Notes: generated by a model from the letters alone, not told the origin. Positions 42,722 to 57,399 are shown, counted from the first letter of the stretch. The stretch: 64,000 nucleotides of DNA from Eledone cirrhosa (GCA_964016885.1 OZ024747.1:52142001-52206000), one strand, 5' to 3'. Made by a program: numbers and translations.

Positions 42722-43009
42722 CAGGTCTGGATTTAACTGGGACAAATGGGCAATTGACCCAGTCCCCTGCACTGGTGAGTCCCATCAGTGACGGCCGTAG
42801 CAATTTATTTGTGCCTTCAGCTGGGTATTTTAGTCTTAGGATGGTTAGAGTTTTTAAATTTAATGTATATGTAAAACTTTTCAATTCCAATTACTTGTGC
42901 CAAGCTAACTTTGATATGTGAAATTGTGTATTCTATTTTTTGTGTATGAGGAGCCACCCAAACCTGAAGCCCCCCCCCCCCTCCTACCCAAGGTCTAAAT
43001 CCAGCCCTG
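42722..43009. mobile_element. hAT-type MITE with perfect 8-bp target-site duplication
   Basis: TIRs CAGGTCTGGATTTA / TAAATCCAGCCCTG; CAGTCAAG on both flanks. Confidence 0.92.
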
Positions 43010-43099
43010 CAGTCAAGTATTGAGGGCTGTTCCCTTGTAGGCCCAAGAACATCCATCATTGTCATTATTTATTTATCTGATGAAGCGCACCATTATTTA

Positions 43100-43159
43100 T
43101 TTATCTGATGAAAGCGCACCATAATTTGCCTTGGTGGCCCTTGAAATATGTATAATAAA
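43100..43159 (+). ncRNA. minimal type I hammerhead ribozyme motif (same family as 21399 and 56367)
   Basis: TTTAT-CTGATGA-AAGCGCACCA...TGGTGGCCCTT-GAAA-TATGTA-TA-ATAAA; partial duplicate at ~43062-43096. Confidence 0.7.
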
Positions 43160-43210
43160 ATAAATATGGTTTTATAAATATAGTTTCCATATGTTAATAT
43201 ATTGTATATA

Positions 43211-43970
43211 TATTGTTATACTTTGGGAAGGTCATGTTGCCAATAAGAAACCAATAAGAAACACACGCACCAGTTGTTTTCACTTCAATTTATTATAAAT
43301 TTCCGGTTGGTTAGTTGGTTGGTTCTATAACCGGATGGTTGTTCACATATTGTCAAAGTTCTTTCGTCACACATTCTGTGACCTCTTCAGTGACTGGGGA
43401 TTCTTTTCTTATTTTTTTATTTTGTGCCTCTCCTTTGTTCTGTCCTACGCCATCTTGTTTTTGTGTGTGTTGTGTGCTTAGTTTGTGCATGTGTTACATC
43501 CGGGTGTCTCTGTGTGTTTTTATTTGTTTATTTATTTGTTTATTTACATGTCACTAGTTGGTTGTTTGTTCTATGTGTGTGTGATATACATACATATATA
43601 CATGCATACATACATATATAAGCATTTTTTTTTTTTTTTGTGTCTGTATGTTTTCATTTTGTCCTTAATTATAAGTAGTGATGTTGCTATTCCATTCATG
43701 TTTTCTATTTAATTTTGGTTGGAGTTCATTTATGTTTATTGCCTCTGTCACTGAAGAATGTGTGACGAAAGAACTTTGACAATATGTGAACAACCATCCG
43801 GTTATAGAACCAACCAACCAACCGGAAATTTATAATAAATTGAAGTGAAAACAACTGGTGCGTGTGTTTTTTATTGGTTTCTTATTGGCAACATCACCCT
43901 CCCAAAGTATAACAATATCGGTTTCAACACACGTTTTCAGATAAGGAATCTTGCTGAACAAATTCAAAAA

Positions 43971-43972
<2 letters not shown>
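43211..43972. mobile_element. second copy of the 20274-20875 inverted pseudo-LTR element
   Basis: Left arm from 43211, right arm 43746-43916, same one-sided tail, longer spacer. Confidence 0.8.
43352..43394 (-). ncRNA. minimal hammerhead motif; the opposite-arm copy at 43746-43781 lacks half of stem II
   Basis: GTCA-CTGAAGA-G-GTCACA..TGTGAC-GAAA-GAAC-TT-TGAC. Confidence 0.6.
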
Positions 43973-44033
<61 letters not shown>

Positions 44034-44738
44034 TAAACGGAATAGAAAATGCTGACAAATTGTTCACAGTGAAAAATAGTTTAATTAGGAATAAGTGAGA
44101 ATTAGTAATTGTATTGGTTAGTATTCAGTTTTGGTTTTAAGTTTTACCGGTTGCGCATTTCTAATGCTTTTCAAAAATAATTTTGAGATAGAGCGTCCGT
44201 GATGTTTGCTCTGATCTATATATACACACGTGGTTGAAAACACGAAAGACACTAACACAAATACAATTCCCGCTTAACAGATGTCTTCTGTGGATCATTA
44301 TATTTTCAAATGCATTAAAGACTGGACTATTCGCCACAGTGCATTAATAACTATTCTCGGATAGATAGTCGAGAAGAGACACAACGGCCGTTGGACGAAG
44401 AAGAACATAAAAACAACAAAAATACCATTACATATCGACATACCGATATAGGATGGTAAAAGTTAGGTCGAAAGCAGTACACATAAGTGTGGTTAGTAAC
44501 CTTAGGAAATGGAAATTTCAAAACTGATTCAAAAACCATCGCTGATTGTTGCACATTAATCCGTAAAGATTTAAGATTTCTATAATTTCTTGTTTACAAG
44601 TTCTTGTGTTTGAATTGTTCATGGTAAAACGATTGATCAACCGCAACAGCCGTATTCAGTGATTGAGGATCGATAAGTTGGCGTCTGTCTGCAAATACCA
44701 ACATCAAGTGAAATGTCCGTACATCACTCTATTTTTTC

Positions 44739-44809
<71 letters not shown>

Positions 44810-45511
44810 CGCGTGTGTGTGCGCGTGCGTGTGTGTATGTGAGTGTGTATGCGTGTAGAAATCAGTATTGAATAAAAGTGGGTGTCTGGCCCCATATTTA
44901 ATTGCATTTATTTACGTTCTGATGTCAAATCCTACAGATGGTAATGATATAAAATAACAAAAAATCTTGGGGTCGATATAATCAACTGTTTCTTTAAATT
45001 TAAATATATGACCTTGAGTCAGGGCTTTTGACAAGTTTTGCAAGGCGAAACAAAACGGCTTCAAACCTTGGGATCTACAAGAGGGGAGATAATGCGCACA
45101 AATTTCAAGGGGGCTGATGAAAATATTCACAAGCCCTTGAATGAAAAGTTGATGAGATACAGCACCCACTGTAAACCTGAGTCAAACTGAGATTTACGCT
45201 AAAGATGTGTGCAATAGTCAACTACTTACACTACGTGTTAATTTCACGAGTAGGCCGTTCACTTGAACGAACGACTTGAGCGCTTATCGCTCAAAACCAG
45301 CGGTGGCCATTTATCTTTTATATAAAACCAAACCAAACGGAGGTAGGTGGTGAATTGATGACAGAGTCGTTAAAATGTCGGATAGAAAGCTTTGAGTTAT
45401 TCGTTCTGGATCTCTGCGCTTTCAAATCTCGTCGAGGTCAATTTTGCTTTTCATCGTTTCGATGTCGATAAAAGAATTCATTCTCTCTCTCTCCCTCTCT
45501 CCCCTCCCCCC

Positions 45512-45564
<53 letters not shown>

Positions 45565-45639
45565 TGGTTCAGACTATGTACATACTTCGTTTAAAATACC
45601 CAAGAACCGCCGACTCACTCAGAAGTTGCGGGCCCATAC

Positions 45640-46110
45640 ATACCTACATACGTACATACACACACATACCTACGTACGTACATACACACACGTACCTACG
45701 TACGTACATACCTACATACACACACATACCTACGTACGTACATACACACACGTACCTACGTACGTACATACCTACATACACACACATACCTACGTACGTA
45801 TGTGCATACACACACACATACCTACATACATATATACACACACACAGACATACCTACGTACATACGTACATACATATATACACACACACACACATATACC
45901 TACGTACATACATACACACAGACATACCTACGTACATACGTACATACATACATATACACACACACACATATACCTACGTACATACGTACATACATACACA
46001 CACACACATACCTACGTACATACATACATACATACATACATATACACACGCACACACATAGCTACGTACATACGTACATACATATACACACACATACCTA
46101 CGTACATACA
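45640..46110. repeat. TACG/TACA compound repeat with a 60-bp higher-order unit
   Basis: The 60-nt blocks starting 45661 and 45721 are identical. Confidence 0.85.
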
Positions 46111-46118
46111 TATATAAC

Positions 46119-46505
46119 TGTTTCTATTTTTAGCACAAGGCCAGCAATTATCCCAGTGTATTTCTGGTACTTTATTTTATCGACCCCGTAAGGATGAAAG
46201 GCAAAGTTGACCTCGGCGGGATTTGAACTCAGAATGGCAAGGGCCGTAACTCTATGCGTCAAAGCATGACGTCCGACCCTCTACCGATACTGCCAATCCA
46301 CCGCCCTATAATATTTTTAATAATGGTTTCTACTTTTTTGGCACAAGGCCAGCAATTATCCCAGTGTATTACTGGTACTTTATTTTATCGACCCCGTAAG
46401 GATGAAAGGCAAAGTTAACCTCGGCGGGATTTGAACTCAGTCCGTAAAGGGACGTAACTGTGCTGCAAAGCATTGCGTCCGACCCTCTACCGATACTGCC
46501 AATAA
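46119..46505 (-). mobile_element. tandem pair of tRNA-derived SINEs
   Basis: Copies at ~46119-46306 and ~46325-46503; ACATACATATATAAC flanks the pair. Confidence 0.9.
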
Positions 46506-46794
46506 ACATACATACATATATAACATTCGGCAATCTCATAGATCGCTATGACATTGGTGATATGACAAATTGTATTTGAAAAACGTCAAACACAGACAAC
46601 CTTCTTTTGTTTATTTTATTTTAAATAATGCATTGATTCTTAATTAAATACTAGAATAACTCTACTAACCCTAGATGAATATATGTAGTTTTGAAGACGG
46701 ATATAAAGGTTGAATGTTACCTCATTAATAGTCCATATCTTATTTGCTTTTGATGTGATATTTATGCGTCTGTGCTCGACTTGCTATAACTTAC

Positions 46795-46884
46795 AACAGT
46801 CCATGTCTCTCTTAGTTATGAGGACAATGTTGGCTTTGTTGTATTGTATAGAAGTACAAGATGGGTGAACGTGCGCATATACAG
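46795..46884 (-). CDS. candidate 90-bp phase 1-1 exon, (A)VYAHVHPSCTSIQYNKANIVLITKRDMDC
   Basis: atgtag| acceptor, |gtaagt donor, single open frame. Confidence 0.25.
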
Positions 46885-46926
46885 CTACATAGGTATTAAT
46901 ACTTATATGTATGTGTATGTATATAT

Positions 46927-46964
<38 letters not shown>

Positions 46965-47322
46965 GTTATATATGTATATATATATGTTATATATGTATAT
47001 ATATATGTTATATATGTATATATATATGTTATATATGTTATATATATATTATATACACAATACATTTGGTGAGCACCCCGAACGCATAATTAGGAATATA
47101 CTCACTTATTTCCTAATGTTTGTTGAGTGAGTTGGAATTTGGCCGGACTATCGATAAAAAGCTTTCTCCGATAATGTATTTATATATATATATATATATA
47201 TATATAGATAGATATAGATATCTATATATATTTAACGTATAATATATATATATATATATATATATAACGTATATAATATATATTTATGTTATATATATAT
47301 GTGTGTGTGTGTTATATATATG

Positions 47323-47409
<87 letters not shown>

Positions 47410-47415
<6 letters not shown>

Positions 47416-47735
47416 TCATTCACGTCGGACGGTCTGTTTTCTGACCGCTCATGAAATTCACCCAGCTTATGCTGATCGGATAACCATCATGTTGCTTGCT
47501 TTTTTCCCACCTCCGGTTTGCTCTTCCTTCTATGTTGTTTACTTGTCTCACTCGCTTTACGCGACTCACTTGTCCCAATAGCTTATTTTAGTTATTGCTC
47601 GCACCAACCTGAGGTATATGATTTTTAATGCGATGCAATACCAATTATGGTTGGCAAATCACTGATGAGGGACTAATTTTATAATATGTAACCCATGTGC
47701 AACCACGCAGTTTCCCTCTTTCTTCCCATGTTTTA
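47410..47735 (+). mobile_element. diverged single-arm copy of the 9260-9868 element, in (TA)n
   Basis: Shares ACTTGTCCCAAT..CTCGCACCAACC.GAGGTATATG..CACTGATGA..GTAACCCATGTGCAACCACGCAG. Confidence 0.7.
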
Positions 47736-48439
47736 TATATATATATATATATATAGCATATAAGCATACATATACATTCAAATACACATACCCGTGCATA
47801 TGTACATGTGTATATATATATATACATATATATATATACTACTTGCATATACACATATATACATGCATACACACATACACACATACATACATACACGCAC
47901 ATACACATACGCACACATACATACATATAAACACATGTATACATATATACATAAATGCACACACACATTAATATATACATACACACACACACGCACACAC
48001 ACACACACATAATTAAATACATAGATACATACATAAACAAGTATGTATATATATACAGACAGGAAAGTATGGAATAGCGTTAAAAAAGCGATTACAATGA
48101 GAACAAAACGTACAAGAGAATTATAAAAAAGTGTGTGTATGTATGTGTGTGTGTATGTGTGTGTGTATGGGTCTGTGTTTATGTGTGTGTGGGTGTGCGT
48201 TTAAGTGTGCGTGTATGTGCGTGTGTGTGTGTATGTGTATGTGTGGATGTGTGTGTGTATGTGTGCATGTGTGTATGTGTGTGTTTATGTGTGTATGTGT
48301 GTGTGTATGCGTGTGTGTGTGTAAGTGTGTGTGTATGTATGTGTGTGTATTTGTGTGTGTGTGTGTGTTCGGCTGTACAAGCTGTTGAATCAAGTCTCAC
48401 GACATGGATAGACTGATGTAATTTTATTACAGTTACGAA

Positions 48440-48737
48440 CAGGAGCGGATTTAATAGAGGAGGGTGGCAATTGCCCCGTCCCCCCTCTGTTAGGGGTGGG
48501 GCACTAGCGACGACCGTAATAATATATTTGTGCCCTCTGTTGGGCTTTTAAATTTTAGGATAGTTGGATTTTTTATTATTTAATACATGTATGTATAACT
48601 TTTCAATTCCAGTTATTTGCGCCAAGCTAACTTTGATATGTAAAATTAGGGGGTTGGCTGTGCATTCTAATTTTTTGTGTGAAGGGTACCCAAAACCCGA
48701 AGTGCCCTCAGCTCCCCAAGATCTAAATCCAGCGCTG
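48440..48737. mobile_element. hAT-type MITE, same family as 42722-43009
   Basis: TIR ..GGATTTA / TAAATCCAGCGCTG; shared internal AACTTTTCAATTCCA..GCCAAGCTAACTTTGATATG. Confidence 0.8.
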
Positions 48738-49239
48738 TTTGTGAAGCTATAACAGTGACTTGATGGGCCAGATGTGGTGTACTTTCTGAAAATGATAAAA
48801 TGTTGTCTGTTGAGCAATAACCCATTGTCACTTAACCACAACACGACCAGATATCCCCCAACTAATGCTTGTGAGTTACACCATGTGTGTGTGTGAGAGT
48901 GAATGTGTGTGTGTCTGTTTTTTTTTTTGAGTGGGCTAATTTTTGCATACAAGGTGGTGTATATCTGCATGTACTTCACATGATTTTATGTATGTATGTA
49001 TGTATGTAATGCAAGTATGTATGTATGTTCTTCTGGTTTTATAATTTCACAAAGTTTTACCAATAGAGGGAGAGTCGGTTTCTAACATAGACACAAGACT
49101 CTCTCATTGGAATTTACACAACATCAACTAGGTAGATATGTATGCATGCATGTGTAGATATGGATGTTATTGTATGTGTGGATGTGCAAGGAATGTAGTC
49201 CGAGGCTCTAACAATTCTTCCAAAACCACCGCCCTGGAC

Positions 49240-50075
49240 CGCCATTTTATCATTTCCACCCCGAAATAAAAGAAAGGCAAAGTAAACTTCATCGGTATTT
49301 AAATCCAGACTGTAGAGAATCAGGATAATTACTACAATGTATTTTGTCTTAGATTGTCGTCCATATATGTCAATCTGGCAGGGTTTGGGTTAGGTTATAT
49401 CTCAGAATTTGTTCTGACTTACTGCACTCTCAGTTCAAATACCACCGAGGTTAATTTTACCTTTGGTCCTTTCCTAATCGATAAATAAAGTACCTATCCA
49501 CTAGCATAGGATTGGTGGAATTGTTGAAGCATCGGACAAGATATCTTGCAATGTTTGTTTTGTTGTTTTACTTTTTTTTTCGGTTCTTTGTGTTCCGTTT
49601 TCAAATACCACCAAAGTTTTACTTTGTCTTTCATCATTTCGGAGGGAGAGGTGAATAAAGTACCAGTCCAGTTTGGCGGAATGGCGGAATTGTTAAAACA
49701 TCAAGTAAGGTGCCTTGAAGGATTTGGTTTGGTTCTTCTGCCAAGAGTTTCGACAGGCAGATTCCGCAATGTAAAAACCAATGGAAACGTCATTTCCTTG
49801 GTTTGATCTGATGTGCGGCTCCCTTTCGGAGAATCGCTATATGTTTATTATTATTGGCAGTATCGGTAGAGGGTCGGACGTCATGCTTTGTGCCAAAAGT
49901 AGAAACAATTATTTTATAATATACATTAGGCAGGTGAATTGGCAGAGTCGTTAGATCGTCACATGATTTGCGGTATTCATACTGACTCTATTCTCTAACT
50001 TGAAAATCCCACCGAGGTCAACTTTACATTTCATCCTTTTGAGGTATATAAAAAGAGTACCAGTCTACTACTGAG
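49240..50075. mobile_element. cluster of diverged and fragmentary SINE copies
   Basis: Degenerate B boxes and central-domain matches on both strands. Confidence 0.65.
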
Positions 50076-50342
50076 ATTGAGTCTTCCTCTATAGCTCTTT
50101 TCACTCCCCTCTCTCTCTCACTCTCTCTTCTTTACTGGAAGGAATCTGTTGTGTTCAGACTTGGAGAGGAAAAGAGCTCCACCAGGATTTAGAAGAACGC
50201 CTTATTATATATGTATTAACACACAGCCGTGTCTTAATACATATTTATTTATACATATTTATTTACACATATTTATTTATACATGCCCCAGATGCCAGAC
50301 AGTGCAATTGAATCTGGGAACACACTCACAAACACGCACACA

Positions 50343-50440
<98 letters not shown>

Positions 50441-50555
50441 CACACACGCACACACACAAACACGCATTCACAAACACACACAAACACACACTCACAAACA
50501 CACACGGTCACAAACACACATTCACAAACACATACTCACAAACACGCACACACAA

Positions 50556-50588
<33 letters not shown>

Positions 50589-50757
50589 CAAACACACACA
50601 CACTCACAAACACTCACACACAAACAAGCACACATACACACACATACAAACGCCCACACACCCACAAACATGGACACACACACATATACACCCTCACATA
50701 TATATATACACAAAAACACATTCACGAGTGTCTTTACATTTATAAATGTATATCTAT

Positions 50758-51273
50758 AAGTCGAAAATCACCAATTCTAATCGTACGAGAATAAATCCAG
50801 GATGCAGTTGCAGGAAGCCGGATGAATGCCCATTACAGGGCAAATGTAATACCAAATCCGTTGTATATGAGGCCAAAGTGACACCTTTGATTAACAACCA
50901 GCCAGCCAGGAGTGAACGATATGTTGGCATGACTCAGGACAGGTTCAAAACCAGGTTTTATGCACATGTCGCTTCTTTTAAACACTCTGATAAAAGAACA
51001 GCAACGGCCCTCGCAAATAAGGTGTGGGAATTCAAAGATAAAAACATCCCGTACTCTATCGATTGGTCTATTTTAGACCATTCGAGTGAATACCAAAGGG
51101 GCACAAAGAATTGTTCTTTGTGTACCACTGAAAAATTTAGGATTCTACAAAACTTGAAAGCCACTTCAACTTGCCTGAACTCCAAGACCGAGATCTTCAG
51201 ATGTTGTCCTCACCTAAAATCACATCTGCTCTGTAACTGGATTGACATTCCTACGATGACTCAACCACCTTGA
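50758..51273 (+). mobile_element. Penelope-like element 3' fragment: GIY-YIG endonuclease domain
   Basis: CSC....CPL.GKC..KSVVY...RYVGMT...FK.R...H motif, C-terminal CxxC..EK..LN..E..CxH; open ~170 codons; pseudo-LTR remnant with CTGATGA downstream at 52349. Confidence 0.88.
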
Positions 51274-51686
51274 ACTTCTTCTCTGCTCTCTAAGCCATCC
51301 ACTACGATTTTCATTACTCTCTGAACTCACTTTCTGTACTCTTATATTCCTTTTCTCCCTTATCTCCCCTTATATTTAAACTTTTTCCTATGTTATTTAT
51401 TTTCCTTATCCCCCCTGCTTTCTACTTTACCCTTTACATACCCACCTTTTTTATTTATAGATATTTATTTCTGTGTGTATGTATGTGTTGTGTATATGTG
51501 TATATATGTATATACATATATGCATATATATATATGTATATAATTATATATATCTGTATGTATATGTATGTGTATATGTATGTGTATATGTGTGTGTGTG
51601 TTTATATGTGTGTGTGTATTTTTATTAAGGTGGTGACGTAACTTTTTGTATATATGTGTGTGTGTAATTTAGTGTGTGTGTGTGTG

Positions 51687-51769
<83 letters not shown>

Positions 51770-51833
51770 TTATATATATATATAATAGCCGTCGAAACGG
51801 CTTGAGCTCTGCCGGCGGGGTCATACTTTTTCC

Positions 51834-51864
<31 letters not shown>

Positions 51865-51884
51865 ATATGTGTGTATTTGTATGG

Positions 51885-51972
<88 letters not shown>

Positions 51973-52184
51973 ATAATTACATACAGAGTGATTTAATGTT
52001 TATTTTCATCGTTTTTTTTGCTCCAGAAACTTGTTGAGTGCTCTAAATCAGCTATATACATTTATACTTTTATCTATTTATTTATTTATTTATTATTTGT
52101 CGTATTCCCAACTATTTGTTTACACCTTCCACCTTTTTATTTTTATATACATATAATATTTATGTATTTTCTTATATATATGTC

Positions 52185-52279
<95 letters not shown>

Positions 52280-52284
52280 GTACG

Positions 52285-52327
<43 letters not shown>

Positions 52328-52414
52328 TATATATATATTGTATTTTGTCTGATGAAAGCATACCATAATAAAATAGATATGGTTTTATAAATATAGTTTC
52401 CATTTGTTAATATC

Positions 52415-52462
<48 letters not shown>

Positions 52463-52471
52463 ATTATATTA

Positions 52472-52602
<131 letters not shown>

Positions 52603-52947
52603 TATATAATGTCTGTGTGTGTGTGTGTGTATATTTATATGTATGTGTAAATGTGTGTATTGCTTACCACTTGTGTTTGTTTATTTATTTGTCCTTTCCT
52701 GTATCGCTGTCAACTTTATAATAATTTTCATTTTCTTAAGTCGTATATTTTTGATTTTTATGCGACGGCCTATTGCATTATATGGTTGTCCATTGTTTTT
52801 TTATTTTTATTTTTATTTTTTCTTATAATTATTTGTGTGTGTGCGTATGTAGGTGTGTGTACATATATCTATATATGTGTGTGCGTATGTATGCATGTAT
52901 ATATGTGTGTATGTATGTGTATGTATGTACGTGTGTATATATGATTA

Positions 52948-52988
<41 letters not shown>

Positions 52989-52993
52989 AAAAG

Positions 52994-53030
<37 letters not shown>

Positions 53031-53079
53031 ATATAAGTGTATATGTATATATATATATGTATGTGTGTATGTATATGTG

Positions 53080-53198
<119 letters not shown>

Positions 53199-53300
53199 AT
53201 CTACTTTTATATTTATTCTTTTTCCTTTCGTTCTTCCTTTTCCAGCCTCACTTTCATATAGATTATATTTTGGTTTTTAAAATCCAATACACCAGGGATT

Positions 53301-53361
53301 TTTCATTCTGATGACTGAAAGCAAATTTTGTTTGCTTTCAAGAAACCACTGGTAAATGAAA
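53301..53361 (+). ncRNA. type I hammerhead ribozyme motif, third family
   Basis: Stem I TTTCATT/AATGAAA, CTGATGA, stem II TGAAAGCAAA/TTTGCTTTCA (C.A mismatch at its base), GAAA, stem III ACC-ACT-GGT, GUA triplet. Confidence 0.75.
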
Positions 53362-53446
53362 TAATTATATTATGTTGTTTATTACATAACTATCTATAAG
53401 TATATTGGAAAAAATGAAATTTCATTTCTCACTCTTAGTACGGCTG

Positions 53447-53986
53447 ATACTTAAATATAAGTATGTCTACGTACATACATATATGTATACAGACGTACAG
53501 CAGTATGTATATATATACATACATGCACACACATATATATATATATGTACGTATGGGTTTATCAAACATTTATTATAATGCTCGGTTTGTTTTGTAAACA
53601 AACAGCCCGAATTAGTAGCCGTAGAATGTTCGGCAACCATCGTTGCTCTTTTTTTTCAACACTAAGGAACGATGAACAAGTTTCTAGGTTATTAGCTGTC
53701 ATCAGCATCGTATACCTTCCTGTCAGTCGATTGAACGTTTGAAAGAATATACTTTCCTTATGCATATTAACGGCTGAGCAGCCTAATTTGCCTATCGATG
53801 GTTGCACAACACTGTACGGCTACTAATTCGGGCTGTTTATTTACAAACAAACCGAGCATTATAATAAATGTTCGGTAAACCCATACGTACATATATATGT
53901 GTGCATGCATGTATGTATGTATATGCATACTAGTGTACGTCTGTATACATATATGTATGTACGTATACATACTTATATATAAGTAT
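53447..53986. mobile_element. MITE-like fold-back with ~195-bp imperfect inverted arms
   Basis: Arms 53447-53642 and 53796-53986, ~153-nt spacer. Confidence 0.75.
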
Positions 53987-54106
53987 ATTTATATATATTT
54001 ACATTTGTTTATATACATATAGATAATCGGCACATTCACTCCCCCCCTCTCTCTTTCTTTCTTTTTATCTCCCTCTCATTCTGTCTATCTATCTATCTAT
54101 CTATCT

Positions 54107-54223
54107 GTGACGGCGGGGGTTTCACATAAAACCTTATTGTTAAAGATTTTATGTAAAACCCCCGCCGACACGTTTTGTAATGTCCCATTGTTATACGCCC
54201 TGGTGGCAAATAAAGAAAGATAG

Positions 54224-54258
<35 letters not shown>

Positions 54259-54536
54259 AGGTGGGTGAATGTGGCAAAGATGGCCCGAGTGGTTGGGCCT
54301 TCTTTCTATATAAGCCTGTAGGTTGAGGAAAAAGAGGAAGAGAGGAAGGGAGTACTCACTCTTGGTGCCCCTGGAAATGAGGGTTGTACATTTTTTCGGG
54401 GTGTGTACAACCCCTATTGGGGATTTCAATTGTTATTTATAATTGTATTAAGAGTTTTATTTTCATATACCTGTTTGTAAACTCCCCATTTGTATTTGTC
54501 CCCTTCTTTTGTGCCCTTGTGGCTAATAAAGAAATT
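54107..54536 (+). mobile_element. two Tx1/L1-like 3' ends separated and flanked by (TATC)n
   Basis: 54107-54222 and 54258-54536 match the reverse complements of the 13320 and 14367 copies. Confidence 0.8.
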
Positions 54537-54565
54537 TATCTATCTCTCTGTCTGTCTATCTATCT

Positions 54566-54596
<31 letters not shown>

Positions 54597-54599
54597 CTG

Positions 54600-54678
<79 letters not shown>

Positions 54679-55168
54679 GTCTATCTGTCTGTCTGTCTAT
54701 CCATCTTTTTATATATTTCAGCTCTTCTTTCTCTTTCTCACTGTCAGAGGTACTCACTTATTCTCTCTCTACACCTATGTCTCTCTCAATACCTATCTCT
54801 CTCACTCCACCTATCTTTCTTTCTCTCTCTCTCTCTCTCTCTCTCCCTCTCTCTCTCACACTCTCTCTCTAACTCTATCTAACTCCCCCTCCCCACCTCT
54901 CTCTCTACCTACCTATCTCTTTCTCTCGACTTATCTTGCCGCACGTCTTTCTTTCTCAGTCAAAACACACACATATACACACACATATAGACAATCTCCA
55001 TCTCAATTCACATATATACATACACACACACACAACGAGACATACACACCGATAATTACACACACACACACACAGTAGCCATGCCAATTTACACATATAC
55101 ACTTCCAGACGCACACACTATTTCACGTAAACACTCTCGTACACAATCTCTATGCTCTTTCACAAATC

Positions 55169-55243
<75 letters not shown>

Positions 55244-55592
55244 TCGCCTTCTCTCTCTGCCACTCTCTCCCCCCATCTCCCCCTCCCTCAATGTGTGTGT
55301 TTCTGGCCATATTGTATTAATTGTTCTAATTACTAGCCTGTTAGTTATTCCAGATATTTTGGTGCCGTTATTAATTTAGCATAAAATTCCGATTAATTTT
55401 ACAACACATCTAGGATTCTTCACTGAAGAATTTAACTAGAAACACGTGTTTATATCTTTACACAACTCACACACTTTGTTTATCACCTTACGCATATATT
55501 ACACACACGCACATACGAACGTGTATTGATATATATATATAAATGTCTGTGTAAGTATATATATATAGGCATATATATAATATATATATACG

Positions 55593-55645
<53 letters not shown>

Positions 55646-55816
55646 GTATATATATATATATATACGTATATATATATATATATATATATACGTATATATA
55701 TATATATATATATATATACACTCACACACATACATATATATGTGTGTGTGTACGTGCGTGTGTGTGTGTGCGCGTGTGTGTGTATTCATATATATATGCA
55801 TAAATATGTGTATATA

Positions 55817-55858
<42 letters not shown>

Positions 55859-55987
55859 TATATATATATATACACGTATATATATATATATACGTATATA
55901 TATATATATATATATATACGTATATATATATATATATATATATACGTATATATATATATATATATATATACGTATATATATATACAC

Positions 55988-56085
<98 letters not shown>

Positions 56086-56161
56086 GTATATATGTATGTA
56101 GGTAAAATGAAGGTGTGTAGTTTTATGAGTTTAAACTTTCATGCATATATAAATGTATATA

Positions 56162-56237
<76 letters not shown>

Positions 56238-56366
56238 AATGTTCTATTTAAATTGTTGGGATACAACAAGCAAATATTTTTATAACTAATATAAAGCACT
56301 CGACAAATATTTGGAGTAAATATACGATATTAACAAATGGAAACTATATTTATAAAACCATATTTA

Positions 56367-56427
56367 TTTCATTATACATATTTCAAGGATACCAAGTTAA
56401 ATTATGGTATGCCTTCATCAGACAAAA
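56367..56427 (-). ncRNA. minimal type I hammerhead motif in a Penelope-like pseudo-LTR (~56235-56500)
   Basis: TTTTGT-CTGATGA-AGGCATACCA...TGGTATCCT-T-GAAA-TATGTA-TA-ATGAAA; stems keep pairing despite substitutions relative to the 21399 and 43100 copies. Confidence 0.75.
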
Positions 56428-57399
56428 TACAATATATACCAGTTTTATAAATAAACATTGACGTACCCTTTCAAAATGCAACCGTTACTTTTGGAAGACA
56501 TCAGGATAGTGGATTTGTTTATTTTAGTAAGTCGTTGTGTTAAGGAGAAGTAAAAAGACGGAGAGAGAGAAAAGAAAGGGAGAGAGAAATAAAGAAAAAG
56601 AAGAAATAAAAAATAAAAAAAATAAAACAGAGAAAAACAACAGAGAGATATCAAACCACCAGACAGAGAGAAAAAATCAAGAGAGAGAAATATAGAGATA
56701 GAGAGACGGGGAGAGAACGAAAACCTTAAGTCATGTCATATTAAGTTGAGTTAACAATTGAGATGAAATGAATAAATAAAATTAGAAATATTAATATTCA
56801 TGAATGGAATATACATATATAATATGAGAAATTAATCATTGTTTAATTATGATTAGATATTTAGTTTAAAAATTGAGATCAATATATTAAAAATTGGAAT
56901 TTAAACATTACGAAATATATATATTGCTAGAGAAATTACCTATCATATAGCACGTACATATACGCAAAGATACATAAATATATATATACTCACACGCTCA
57001 GAAAATACACATTATATCTACTCCCGCATATAATATATATATACAAAGTATAAGTGATTTTTTTTATTACTGCTATACATTCCTTGTGTTATTAAATAAA
57101 AATGTTTAGTATATATATATAAATATATAGGATTAACTTTCATGCATTTATGGCTGTTAAATTATGCATATCTGCAATCAAACTGCATGGGTACACATGT
57201 ACATGTACATACACAATTCTTAAATATACATATATAAATATGTGTGTGCATCTTCAACCAATTGGTAGACACGCGTCACTCATGCATATATACAGACAGA
57301 CATATACTCATAAAAAAGCATATAACATGTATATGTATGTTAATACACATATATACATACATAGTCGTATAGAGATAAGTATACATCAATATATTACAT

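Noticed and set aside
56445-56535. Plus-strand exon ending at a GTAAGT donor
   Set aside because: In-frame stop after the only nearby acceptor, and the region is homologous to the pseudo-LTR sequence upstream of the 21399 hammerhead.
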